Below are positions 37,879 to 47,002 of a stretch of 58,218 bases of DNA, piece by piece; the stretch's first letter is position 1, and every line of letters starts with the position of its first letter. Source of the stretch: Caenispirillum bisanense (GTDB lineage Bacteria > Pseudomonadota > Alphaproteobacteria > Reyranellales > Reyranellaceae); contig CAMDVZ010000001.1 of the NCBI GenBank assembly GCA_945878895.1, forward strand, positions 1 through 58,218. Direction: 5' to 3'. The notes beneath the pieces were generated by a model that did no database searches, was not told where the DNA came from, and saw nothing but the letters and a program-made list of their open reading frames with translations. The position numbers were made by a program, and so were the translations under genes.

Positions 37879-39459
37879 ATGACCCGCAAGAAAAACGTAC
37901 TCCTGATCGTCGTCGACCAGTGGCGCGGCGATCTGCTGCCGATCCTCGGCACGCCCCATCTGCGCACGCCCAATCTCGATCGGCTGTGCGCCGAGGGCGT
38001 GACGTTCCGGAACCATTTCACCCAGGGCGCTCCCTGCGGTCCGGCGCGGGCGAGCTTGCTCACCGGCCAGTACGTCATGAACCATCGCGCGGTGCAGAAC
38101 ACCGTGCCGCTCGACGCCCGGTTCACCAACATCGCCCTCGAGCTGCGCCAGGGCGGTTTCGATCCGGCGCTGGTCGGCTACACCACGACCACGCCCGATC
38201 CGCGCACGACGTCGCCGGACGATCCGCGCTTCCTGGTGCTCGGCAACCTCATGGACGGCTTCCGCCCCGTCGGCGCGTTCGAGCCCTATCGCGACGCCTA
38301 TTTCGGGTGGGTCGCCAGCCAGGGCCACGAACTGCCGGCCAATCGCGACGAGATATGGCTGCCCGAGGGTGCGGCGTCCGAAGGCAGCGGCGCCACCGCG
38401 CGCGCGTCGCGGATACCCAAGCAGCTGTCCGACACCGCCTGGTTCACCGAGCGCGCGCTGAGCTACCTGCGGGGTCGCGACGACAAACCCTGGTTCCTCC
38501 ACCTCGGCTACTACCGGCCCCATCCGCCGTTCATCGCGCCCGCGCCCTACAACGCGATGTACGATGCCGCTGACATGCCCTCGCCGGTCCGCGCCGCCAG
38601 CCCCGCGGAAGAGGCCAGCCAGAACGCGCTGCTACGCCACTACGTCGAGAACGTCAGGCAATCGAGCTTCTTCCAGGACGGCAAGAAGCTGGCCAGCGAG
38701 ATGACCGACGCCGAGGTGCGCCAGACCCGCGCCACCTACTACGGCCTGATGAGCGAGATCGACGAGCATCTCGGCCGGGTGTTCGATTTTCTTCAGGCGA
38801 CCGGCCAGTGGGACGACACGCTGATCGTCTTCACCTGTGACCACGGCGAGCAGCTCGGCGACCACCATCTGCTGGGCAAGATCGGCTACTTTGACGAATC
38901 CTTCCGGATTCCCATGATCGTGCGCGATCCGCGCGCGGAGGCGGGGGCAACGCGCGGCAGCGTCGTCGACCGTTTCTCCGAAACGATCGACATGATGCCC
39001 ACCGTCCTCGAGTGGCTGGGCCTGCCGGTGCCGCGCCAGTGCGACGGCCGTTCGCTGCTTCCATTCTGCCACGGCGCGCCGCCGGCGGATTGGCGCACCG
39101 AGGTCCATTTCGAATTCGACTTCCGCGACGTCCACTATTCAAAGCCCGAAACGGCGCTCGGCATACCGATGGACAAGGCCAATCTCGCCGTGGTGCGCGA
39201 CCACGACTACAAGTACGTGCACTTCGCCGCCCTGCCGCCGCTGTTCTTCGACCTGCGGGCCGATCCGGGCCAGTTCGAGAACCGCGCCGAAGATCCTGCC
39301 TATGCGACCCTCGTGCGCCGCTACGCGCAGAAGATGCTCGACTGGCGACTCGGTTTCGCCGATCGCACCCTGACCGGCTATCGCGCCTCGCCCGACGGAC
39401 TGCAGGTCCGCGTCGGACCCGACGCGATGCCGGCTGCCATCCGCCCATCGTCCCGCTGA
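37879..39459 (+). CDS. alkaline-phosphatase-superfamily sulfatase-fold hydrolase, phosphonate monoester hydrolase (PMH/PehA)-like
   Basis: ATG 37879 (MTRKKNVLLIVVDQWRGD). Contains the formylglycine motif C-G-P-A-R (APCGPARASLLTG), DHGEQLGDHHLLGK and YKYVHFAALPPLFFDL. Only 7 nt separate it from the GpdQ-like gene. Confidence 0.7.
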   Translation: MTRKKNVLLIVVDQWRGDLLPILGTPHLRTPNLDRLCAEGVTFRNHFTQGAPCGPARASLLTGQYVMNHRAVQNTVPLDARFTNIALELRQGGFDPALVGYTTTTPDPRTTSPDDPRFLVLGNLMDGFRPVGAFEPYRDAYFGWVASQGHELPANRDEIWLPEGAASEGSGATARASRIPKQLSDTAWFTERALSYLRGRDDKPWFLHLGYYRPHPPFIAPAPYNAMYDAADMPSPVRAASPAEEASQNALLRHYVENVRQSSFFQDGKKLASEMTDAEVRQTRATYYGLMSEIDEHLGRVFDFLQATGQWDDTLIVFTCDHGEQLGDHHLLGKIGYFDESFRIPMIVRDPRAEAGATRGSVVDRFSETIDMMPTVLEWLGLPVPRQCDGRSLLPFCHGAPPADWRTEVHFEFDFRDVHYSKPETALGIPMDKANLAVVRDHDYKYVHFAALPPLFFDLRADPGQFENRAEDPAYATLVRRYAQKMLDWRLGFADRTLTGYRASPDGLQVRVGPDAMPAAIRPSSR

Positions 39460-39473
39460 ACGGAGAGAATTCG

Positions 39474-41117
39474 ATGTCCACGAACACCACCCGACGCACG
39501 CTCGTCGGCGGCCTTGGCTCGGTCGCGGCGGCGACCGCCTTGCCGCGCTTCGCCATCGGCCAGGCCGATGCGCGCCCCTCGATCACGATCGCGGTGCAAC
39601 AGAACACCAACACGAACACGCTGGAGCCACTCCGCGAGCAGTCGAACGTGGGCGCCCGCATGCTCTACAGCTTCATCGAGCCTCTGATCGACGCCAAGCA
39701 TCAGGGCGATCTCGGCGCGCAGCCGGGCCTGGCGACATCGTGGCGGCGGATCGACGACAAGACCGTCGAGCTCAAGCTGCGCCAAGGCGTGAAGTTCCAC
39801 AACGGCGACACGATGACCGCCGAGGACGTCGCGTACAGTTTCGGACCCGAGCGCATGTTCGGTACGCCGGGCGCTGCCGGCGCGGCGCCGGGCGGAACGA
39901 TGTTTTCGACGGCGCCCGGCGCGGCCGGACGCGAAACGCCGCCGGAGGTACGCGCCGTGGCGCGCCGCCTGTGGCCGAAGCTCGAGCGCGTGGAGATCGT
40001 CGACAAGGAAACCGTTCGCTTCGTCAACGGCACGCCCGACGTCACGCTGGAGGGTCGCATCGGTCGCTACGGGTCCGAAATCATCAGCCGCCGCGGGTTC
40101 ATGGAGTCGTCGGACTGGCTCGCCTGAGCCCGCCGCCCGGTCGGCACGGGTCCCTACCGGATCGCCGATTTCAAGCCGGACACGCATCTGGTCCTCGAGG
40201 CGTTCGACGAGTACTGGGGCGGCCGCCCGCCGATCAGGCAGATCCGCTTCGTCGTCGTTCCGGAAGTTTCCAGCCGCGTCAACGGCTTGCTCTCGGGCCA
40301 GTACGACTTCGCCTGCGACATCCCGCCCGACCAGATCGCCGGCATCGAACGCAACCCGCGCTACCACGTCGTGGGCGGGACGATCACGAACCACCGTCTG
40401 ATCTGCTTCGACCAGAAGCACCCCCAGCTCGTCGATCCCCGCATCCGTCGCGCCATGGCGCTCGGCATCGACCGCAAGCTGATCGTCGACACGCTGTGGA
40501 GCGGCCGTACCCGGGTGCCGCACGGACTGCAGTGGGAGTACTACGACAAGATGTTCCTGTCGGACTGGCCGCAGCCCGCCTTCGATCCGGCGCGCGCCAG
40601 GGCTCTGATCAAGGAAGCGGGCTACAAGGGCGAGCCGATCCCGTTCCGGGTGCTGAACAACTACTACACGAACCAGGTTTCGACCGCCCAGATCCTCGCC
40701 GACATGTGGGGGCAGATCGGCCTCAACGTGAAGCTGGAGATGAAGGAAAACTGGCAACAGATTTTCGAACGGAACAGTCCGCGGGCGATCCGCGACTGGT
40801 CGAATTCGGCACCGTTCGGCGATCCCGTCAGTTCCATCGTCAACCAGCACGGGCCTGCCGGACAGCAACAGCAGGTCGGCGAATGGACCAACGCGGAGTT
40901 CAACCGTCTGTCCGAGGAGCTCGAGGGCAGCGTCGATTACGAACGCCGCCGCGTCGTCTTCCGGCGCATGCTGGAGATCGCCGAAGTCGAGGATCCGGCC
41001 TACACGGTGCTGCACCAGAACGTGATCTTCTACGGCAAGCGCCGGGACATCCAGTGGACGCCGTCCAGCCTGCAGTACATGGATTTCCGGGGCCGCAACT
41101 TCCGCGTTGGCGTCTGA
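39474..41117 (+). pseudogene. family-5 (DppA/OppA-type) ABC substrate-binding protein interrupted by one in-frame TGA
   Basis: ORF 39012..40127 (real ATG 39474 after GGAGAG) and ORF 40287..41117 are in the same frame. The stretch after the TGA at 40125-40127 still reads ARRPVGTGPYRIADFKPDTHLVLEAFDEYWGGRPP, a conserved SBP5 core. Confidence 0.8.
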
Positions 41118-41122
41118 GCGTG

Positions 41123-42160
41123 ATGGTGGCTCTCCCCGACGTGGAACCAGCCACGGACCGGCGCTTGGTCGATATCCGCGGGCTGACCGTGGATTTCGAC
41201 ATGGGCGCGAGGGTGTCCCGCGTCCTGCACGGCATCGACCTTTCGATCGACAAGGGCGAGGTCGTCGGCCTTGTCGGCGAAAGCGGTTGTGGCAAGAGCG
41301 TGACGTGGCTCGCGGTTCTCGGCCTGCTGGGTCCCCGGGCCCATGTCGGCGGGATCGCGACCCTCGGCGGCGAGCCGCTGCTCGGGATCGGGGACGAGCG
41401 CCTGTCGCGCGTGCGCGGCGGGCGGATCGCGATGATTTTCCAGGATCCGACCGCGTGCCTCAACCCGGTCAAACGCATAGGCGCGCAGGTCTGCGAGGCG
41501 TTGCATCTGCATCGCGGCATCGTTGGCGAGCGGGCCCGCGCCGAGGCGCGGCGGCTGCTCGACCGCGTCGGCATCGCCGCCGCCGCGCAGCGCATGAACG
41601 AGTACCCACACCAGATGTCGGGCGGCATGAACCAGCGCGTGATGATCGCGACGGCGCTCGCTGGCGAACCCGACCTGCTGGTCGCCGACGAACCGACCAC
41701 GGCGCTCGACGCGACCATCCAGGCGCAGATACTCGATCTGCTGCGCGAGGTGCGACGCGATACCGGCATGGCGATGGTGCTGATCTCGCACGATCTCGGC
41801 GTGGTCGCCGAGAATTGCGACCGGGTCGCCGTCATGTATTGCGGCCGCGTCGTGGAGCAGGCACCCGCGGAGCGTCTGTTCGAGAAGCCTTCCCACCCCT
41901 ATACGCGCGGCCTCCTCGCGGCTTTGCCCGACCTGGCCGGACCCACGCGGCGTCTCGAGTCTATTCCCGGCAACGTGCCCGAACCCTGGAACCTGCCGAC
42001 GGGTTGTGCCTTCGCGCCACGTTGCGGCGCGTGTCGGGACTTCTGCACCGGCACGGTTCCACCCTACCGCGCGGTCGCCGCGGGGCATCTGGTCGCCTGC
42101 GCGCGCGCCGGATTTCTCCATCACGCCCCGTCGGCGCAGTCCTCCGCGGTGGCGCGATGA
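41123..42160 (+). CDS. ABC transporter ATP-binding protein (DppD/OppD type)
   Basis: Contains GESGCGKSV, MSGGMNQRVMIATAL, LVADEPTTALD and the C-terminal oligopeptide-type extension PTGCAFAPRC. Confidence 0.88.
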   Translation: MVALPDVEPATDRRLVDIRGLTVDFDMGARVSRVLHGIDLSIDKGEVVGLVGESGCGKSVTWLAVLGLLGPRAHVGGIATLGGEPLLGIGDERLSRVRGGRIAMIFQDPTACLNPVKRIGAQVCEALHLHRGIVGERARAEARRLLDRVGIAAAAQRMNEYPHQMSGGMNQRVMIATALAGEPDLLVADEPTTALDATIQAQILDLLREVRRDTGMAMVLISHDLGVVAENCDRVAVMYCGRVVEQAPAERLFEKPSHPYTRGLLAALPDLAGPTRRLESIPGNVPEPWNLPTGCAFAPRCGACRDFCTGTVPPYRAVAAGHLVACARAGFLHHAPSAQSSAVAR

Positions 42161-43143
42161 CTCCCTTGCTCGAGGTTCGCGGCCTCGCCCGGCACTACAG
42201 GGTCCGCCGGCCAGGTGGCCTGTGGGGGCGCACCGCGGTGCTCAAGGCGGTGGACGGCGTGTCGTTCGCCATCGGACGAGGCCGCACGTTGGGGCTCGTG
42301 GGCGAATCCGGCTGCGGCAAGTCGACCGCGGCGCGCCTGGCCCTTGGCCTGCTGCCGGCGACGTCGGGCGACGTTCTGTTCGATGGCCAACCGCTGTCCA
42401 CGCGTCAGGACGCGGCGTGGCGGGCGTCCCGGCGCAAACTGCAGCTGGTGTTCCAGGACACGCTCGGCGCGCTCGACCGGCGACTTCCGATCGGTCTTCA
42501 GATCATGGAGCCGCTCGACATCCATGGCATCGGCACGCGTGCCGAACGGCTGGAGAAGACGAAGGACCTCTTCACCGCCGTCGGGCTGCTGCCCCACATG
42601 TTCGACCGCTATCCGCACGAACTGTCGGGCGGGCAGCGCCAACGCGTCGTGCTTGCCCGCGCGCTCGTCGCCCAGCCCGCGCTCATCGCCTGCGACGAGC
42701 CCATCTCGGCGCTCGACGTGTCGATCCAGGCGCAGGTCATCAATCTCCTGCACGACCTGCGCGAGCAGTTCGGGGTCGCCTACCTGTTCATCAGCCACGA
42801 CCTGCGCGTGGTGCGGCAGGTCAGCGACGAGGTCGCGGTGATGTATCTCGGGCGGATCGTCGAACAGGGCACCCCCGATCGCCTTTTCCGTCAACCCGAA
42901 CATCCCTACACGCGCGCGCTTGTGTCGGCGATACCGGTGGCGACGCCGAACCGGGCACGCCAGCGGATCATTCTCAAGGGGGACCCGCCCAGTCCCGTCG
43001 ACGTGCCCGCCGGCTGCGCGTTCCATCCGCGTTGCGCCCTCGCCGGGCCGCGCTGCAGGGTCGAGACGCCGGCATTGCGTTCGATGCCGGGCGGACATCG
43101 CGTGGCCTGCCATCTGGCCGGCGAAACCGCCGCGGCAGCGTAG
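42157..43143 (+). CDS. ABC transporter ATP-binding protein (DppF/OppF type)
   Basis: ATGA overlap with the upstream gene. Contains [35 protein letters not shown] and PAGCAFHPRC. Confidence 0.88.
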   Translation: MTPLLEVRGLARHYRVRRPGGLWGRTAVLKAVDGVSFAIGRGRTLGLVGESGCGKSTAARLALGLLPATSGDVLFDGQPLSTRQDAAWRASRRKLQLVFQDTLGALDRRLPIGLQIMEPLDIHGIGTRAERLEKTKDLFTAVGLLPHMFDRYPHELSGGQRQRVVLARALVAQPALIACDEPISALDVSIQAQVINLLHDLREQFGVAYLFISHDLRVVRQVSDEVAVMYLGRIVEQGTPDRLFRQPEHPYTRALVSAIPVATPNRARQRIILKGDPPSPVDVPAGCAFHPRCALAGPRCRVETPALRSMPGGHRVACHLAGETAAAA

Positions 43144-43155
43144 GAGCGGCTCGTC

Positions 43156-44094
43156 ATGATGCGTTACTTGGCCATTCGGGGCCTGCGGGCGATCCTCACG
43201 ATCGCGTTCGTGGTCACCTTCGCCTTCTTCATCCTGCGCCTGTCGGGAGATCCGGCGCTGCTGATCCTGTCGCCGGAAGCACCGCCGGAAGCGGTCGAGG
43301 CGTTTCGCAAATCGTGGGGCCTCGACCGTCCGCTGTGGGAGCAGTACCTGCGCTACTTCGTGGCGATTTTTGAAGGCAATCTTGGCCGTTCGATGCGCGA
43401 CGGGCGGCCGGCGCTGGATCTGGTCATGGATCGCGTGCCCGCGACGCTCATGCTCACGTTGCCGGCCTTCGCGCTCAAGCTGTTGATCGGCGTGCCTGCC
43501 GGCATATTCGCGGCGCTCAGGCGCAATTCCTTCGTCGACCGTCTGGTGATCGTCTGCTCGGTGGCCGGCCACTCCGTTCCGAGCTTCGTGCTCGGGCTGG
43601 TCCTCGTTCTGCTCTTCGCCGTCAATCTCAACTGGCTGCCCAGCGGCGGCGCCGACAACTGGAAGCACGCCATTCTGCCGGTCGTGACCCTGGGAACCGC
43701 CGGCGCCGCGATCATCGCCCGTTTCACGCGGTCGGCGATGCTGGAGGTGCTGGGTCAGCCCTATGTTCGCGCAGCGCTTGCCAAAGGCGTGCCGTGGCCC
43801 AGCGTGGTGTGGCGCCACGCGTTGCCCAACGCGGCGATCCCGACGGTGACGATCATCGGTTTCATGGTCGGCACGCTGATCGCCGGCGCCGTCGTGGTCG
43901 AGAGCGTGTTCTCCTGGCCCGGCGTCGGCAGGATGCTCGTGGTCGGCGTCGCCAATCGCGATCTCGCGGTCGTGCAGTGCGTTCTTCTGCTGGTGGCCAT
44001 GTGCATGGTCGCGTCGAACTTCACCGTCGATCTCCTGTACGGCTGGATTGACCCGCGGCTGCGCGCGTGGGCGACCGGCGCGTCCGGCCATTGA
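43156..44094 (+). CDS. ABC transporter permease (DppB type)
   Basis: Full ORF. The N-terminus MMRYLAIRGLRAILTIAFVVTFAFFILRLSGDPA is typical of DppB/OppB. Confidence 0.88.
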   Translation: MMRYLAIRGLRAILTIAFVVTFAFFILRLSGDPALLILSPEAPPEAVEAFRKSWGLDRPLWEQYLRYFVAIFEGNLGRSMRDGRPALDLVMDRVPATLMLTLPAFALKLLIGVPAGIFAALRRNSFVDRLVIVCSVAGHSVPSFVLGLVLVLLFAVNLNWLPSGGADNWKHAILPVVTLGTAGAAIIARFTRSAMLEVLGQPYVRAALAKGVPWPSVVWRHALPNAAIPTVTIIGFMVGTLIAGAVVVESVFSWPGVGRMLVVGVANRDLAVVQCVLLLVAMCMVASNFTVDLLYGWIDPRLRAWATGASGH

Positions 44095-44101
44095 GGATTC
44101 C

Positions 44102-45007
44102 ATGACCGCCATCGACCCTGCGACGTCCGAAGTCGCCATCGGCGCCCCCCGGCGGCCGGTCCGGGCACGGTGGTCGCGCCTGATCGAGGCGTGGCCGCCG
44201 CTGGTGATGCTCGCGATCGCCTGGATCGTCCTGACCCTGATCGTGGCGGTGGGGGCGGACGCGATCGCGCCCTACGACTATTCACGCATGGACCTGCGCG
44301 CGCGCCTGGCGCCGCCGGCCTTCGCGGGCGGCGTCTGGACGCATTTTCTCGGCACCGACGAACTCGGACGCGACGTCTTCAGCCGCCTCGTCTATTCCGT
44401 TCGCATCAGCCTGCTGATCGCGTTCGCGGCGACCATCATGGGCGCCGTCGTGGGCACGCTGCTCGGTCTGCTGGCGGCGCACCTGCGCGGTTTCTTCGAG
44501 GAAGCCGTGCTGATGCTGATCGACTTCCAGGCGTCGATGCCGTTCATGATCATCGCGTTGGCGGTGCTGGCGTTTCTCGGCAATTCGCTGCCGCTTTTCA
44601 TCGGACTGATGGGGCTGCATGGCTGGGAGCGCTACGCGCGAATCTCCCGCGGGCTCGCCATCTCCGCCAGCGAGCAGAGCTATGCGGGCGCAATCCGGCA
44701 GCTCGGCGCCACGCCCTGGCGGGTGTACGGACGCCATATCCTGCCCAACATCGCCAGCACGCTGATCGTGAACATCACGCTCAGCTTCCCGGAGATCATC
44801 CTGCTTGAATCGGGCCTGTCGTTTCTCGGCTTGGGCGTGCAGCCGCCGCTCACGAGCCTCGGCAACATGGTCGGCTACGGTCGCGAGTACATCGAGCTCG
44901 CATCGTGGATCCTGCTGTCGCCGGCGGCGGTGATCGTGCTGACCACGCTTTCGATCAGCCTGATCGGGGACTGGCTGCGCGATCGGCTCGATCCAACGCT
45001 GCGGTAA
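44102..45007 (+). CDS. ABC transporter permease (DppC type)
   Basis: ATG 44102. Contains the FLGTDELGRDVFSRL motif typical of DppC/OppC. Confidence 0.88.
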   Translation: MTAIDPATSEVAIGAPRRPVRARWSRLIEAWPPLVMLAIAWIVLTLIVAVGADAIAPYDYSRMDLRARLAPPAFAGGVWTHFLGTDELGRDVFSRLVYSVRISLLIAFAATIMGAVVGTLLGLLAAHLRGFFEEAVLMLIDFQASMPFMIIALAVLAFLGNSLPLFIGLMGLHGWERYARISRGLAISASEQSYAGAIRQLGATPWRVYGRHILPNIASTLIVNITLSFPEIILLESGLSFLGLGVQPPLTSLGNMVGYGREYIELASWILLSPAAVIVLTTLSISLIGDWLRDRLDPTLR

Positions 45008-45095
45008 CGCCGACGGGATACTCGCCCCGCGCAACGGACCGATCGCCAGGCGCGTCGGCGCATTCACACGACACGACCGGACTGGATCATTCGCG

Positions 45096-46640
45096 ATGAA
45101 GTTTACCCGCCGTACCGCGCTCGTTTCCGCAGCCGTCCTGGCCGTCGGCGATCGGGCACTCGCCCAGACCGATGGGCGCCCCGTGCTCACTATCGGTGTC
45201 GCCCAGGTACCGCCAACCCTGGAACCGGCACGGGAATTGAGCAACGTCGGCACGCGGGTGACGTACTCGGTGTTCGACACGTTGATCAGACGAGATTTCC
45301 TCTCATCGCCCGACGGTGGCGGATCGAAGCTGGTGCCGGGGCTCGCCACGGAATGGACCCGGGTCGGACCGAAGGAACTGGTGCTGAGGCTCCGCCGGGG
45401 CGTAAAATTCCACAATGGCGACGAGTTCACCGCCGACGACGTCGTCTACACCTTCACCTCGCAGCGCATGTTCGGCGCCGATGCGCTACTGCCCGAGGCG
45501 CGGTCGTACTTCGCGACCCTGGAGGGCGTCGATGCCCTCGATCCTCATACGGTCCGGTTCCGGACCAGGGCGCCCGACGTGCTGCTGGAGCACAGGCTCG
45601 CGTCGTGGTGCGGCTGGATCGTGAACAAGCGCGCCTACGAATCCCTCGGCATCGACGGATTCGGCCGGGCTCCGGTCGGCACCGGACCTTACCGGGCGCG
45701 CGAGATTCTGCCGGACCAGCGCATCGTGCTCGACGCGTTCGACGATTACTGGATGGGCAAGCCGGCGGCGCGCCGCGTCGTGTTCCGCGAAATCCCGGAG
45801 CTGGCGTCCCGCGTCGCGGCGCTGCAGGCCGGCGACGTCGACATGATCACCAACATCCCGCCCGACCAGGTGCCGCAATTGCGCAAGCGCGAGGGTATCG
45901 ACGTGCGTTCGGTCGTGCTCGCGAACGTGCATGTCCTGACGTTCGACGAGCGCGGTGCCGGCATGGCCGACAAGCGCGTACGTCGGGCGCTGGGGTTGGC
46001 GATCGACCGCAGACTGCTGGTCGAGACACTGTGGGACAACGCGGCGTCGGTTCCGCCGGGCCACAACTACCCCGAATACGGCGACATGTTTCTCGCCGGA
46101 CGGCAGCTTCGGTACGCGCCCGACGAGGCACGCCGGCTGTTGAAGGAGGCCGGCTACGGTGGCGAGAAGATCGTCTACCGGACCATGCCGAACTACTACA
46201 CCAACGCGTTAAAGGCCGCGCAGGTGATCGTGGAGATGTGGAAGGCGGTCGGGATCAACGCCGAGCTTCAAATCGTCGAAAACTTCACGCAGATGCGCGC
46301 CGCGGGCGCGCAGGTCGGCAACAATTCCAACTCCACGCGCCTGCCGGATCCGCTCGGCGCGCTGTGGATTTCGTGGGGACCCGGTAGCTTCTTCCAGACC
46401 GGCAAGACCTGGACCTCGACGCAGGCCTTCAACGACGCGGGGCGCGCGCTCGAGGCCGAAACGGATCCCGCCAGGCGCAAGGCACTCTTCACGGCGATGC
46501 TTGACGCCTGGGAGGACGAGGCTCCCGGCACGGTTCTCTACCAGCCGGCCGAGTTCTACGCCGCGCGCAAGCGTGTGAAGTGGCGTCCCTACACGTTCTA
46601 TTTCATGGATCTCCAGCCTGACAATCTCAGGTTCGAATAG
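45096..46640 (+). CDS. family-5 ABC substrate-binding protein (intact paralogue at operon end)
   Basis: Signal peptide, APVGTGPYRAREI and FDDYWMGKPA. It is a paralogue of the interrupted gene at 39474. Confidence 0.85.
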   Translation: MKFTRRTALVSAAVLAVGDRALAQTDGRPVLTIGVAQVPPTLEPARELSNVGTRVTYSVFDTLIRRDFLSSPDGGGSKLVPGLATEWTRVGPKELVLRLRRGVKFHNGDEFTADDVVYTFTSQRMFGADALLPEARSYFATLEGVDALDPHTVRFRTRAPDVLLEHRLASWCGWIVNKRAYESLGIDGFGRAPVGTGPYRAREILPDQRIVLDAFDDYWMGKPAARRVVFREIPELASRVAALQAGDVDMITNIPPDQVPQLRKREGIDVRSVVLANVHVLTFDERGAGMADKRVRRALGLAIDRRLLVETLWDNAASVPPGHNYPEYGDMFLAGRQLRYAPDEARRLLKEAGYGGEKIVYRTMPNYYTNALKAAQVIVEMWKAVGINAELQIVENFTQMRAAGAQVGNNSNSTRLPDPLGALWISWGPGSFFQTGKTWTSTQAFNDAGRALEAETDPARRKALFTAMLDAWEDEAPGTVLYQPAEFYAARKRVKWRPYTFYFMDLQPDNLRFE

Positions 46641-47002
46641 CGTCCAGAGCGCGTACAAAAGGGTGGATTCCGAGCCGGGCCAATTTGCACTGTCGCAGCG
46701 ACCGCCGAGTGTGGTTAGCCAATCGCTAGCGATACTGCGCCGCGACGCTAGGCAAAGCCAGACGGAACAACCCAACGGCCTGTCAAGCCGTTGAGTCGTG
46801 ATTCGGCGCGGTGTGGCTGACTTGGCTGCACCAAAAGTTTACCGGGCATTCGCCCATCCAGATCAAACGCCAGCGGTGACATTACTTCCGCGAATACAAA
46901 AGGCATTGCACCCGACTACATCAATCACGCGATGGGCCATGAGTGGAGCGGAATTCCCAACGGCAGCAAACTTCAGCCGCACGACCTTTGACGTCCGCCC
47001 AG

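Noticed and set aside
40125-40127. The in-frame TGA read as a selenocysteine codon or programmed read-through.
   Set aside because: Periplasmic family-5 binding proteins are not known selenoproteins. Only a weak 4-bp stem (CCCG...CGGG) follows the codon rather than a SECIS-like hairpin, and the next base is G, not a leaky context. A nonsense mutation or sequencing error is more parsimonious, though not formally excluded.
39378-44139. Long antisense ORFs across the dpp-like operon (39378..41015, 41030..42124, 42121..44139), and similar ones across the phn, ugp and glp genes.
   Set aside because: Same reasoning as above. There are no recognisable motifs, the composition is extreme in Arg/Gly/Asp/His, and each is fully shadowed by a well-supported gene on the opposite strand.
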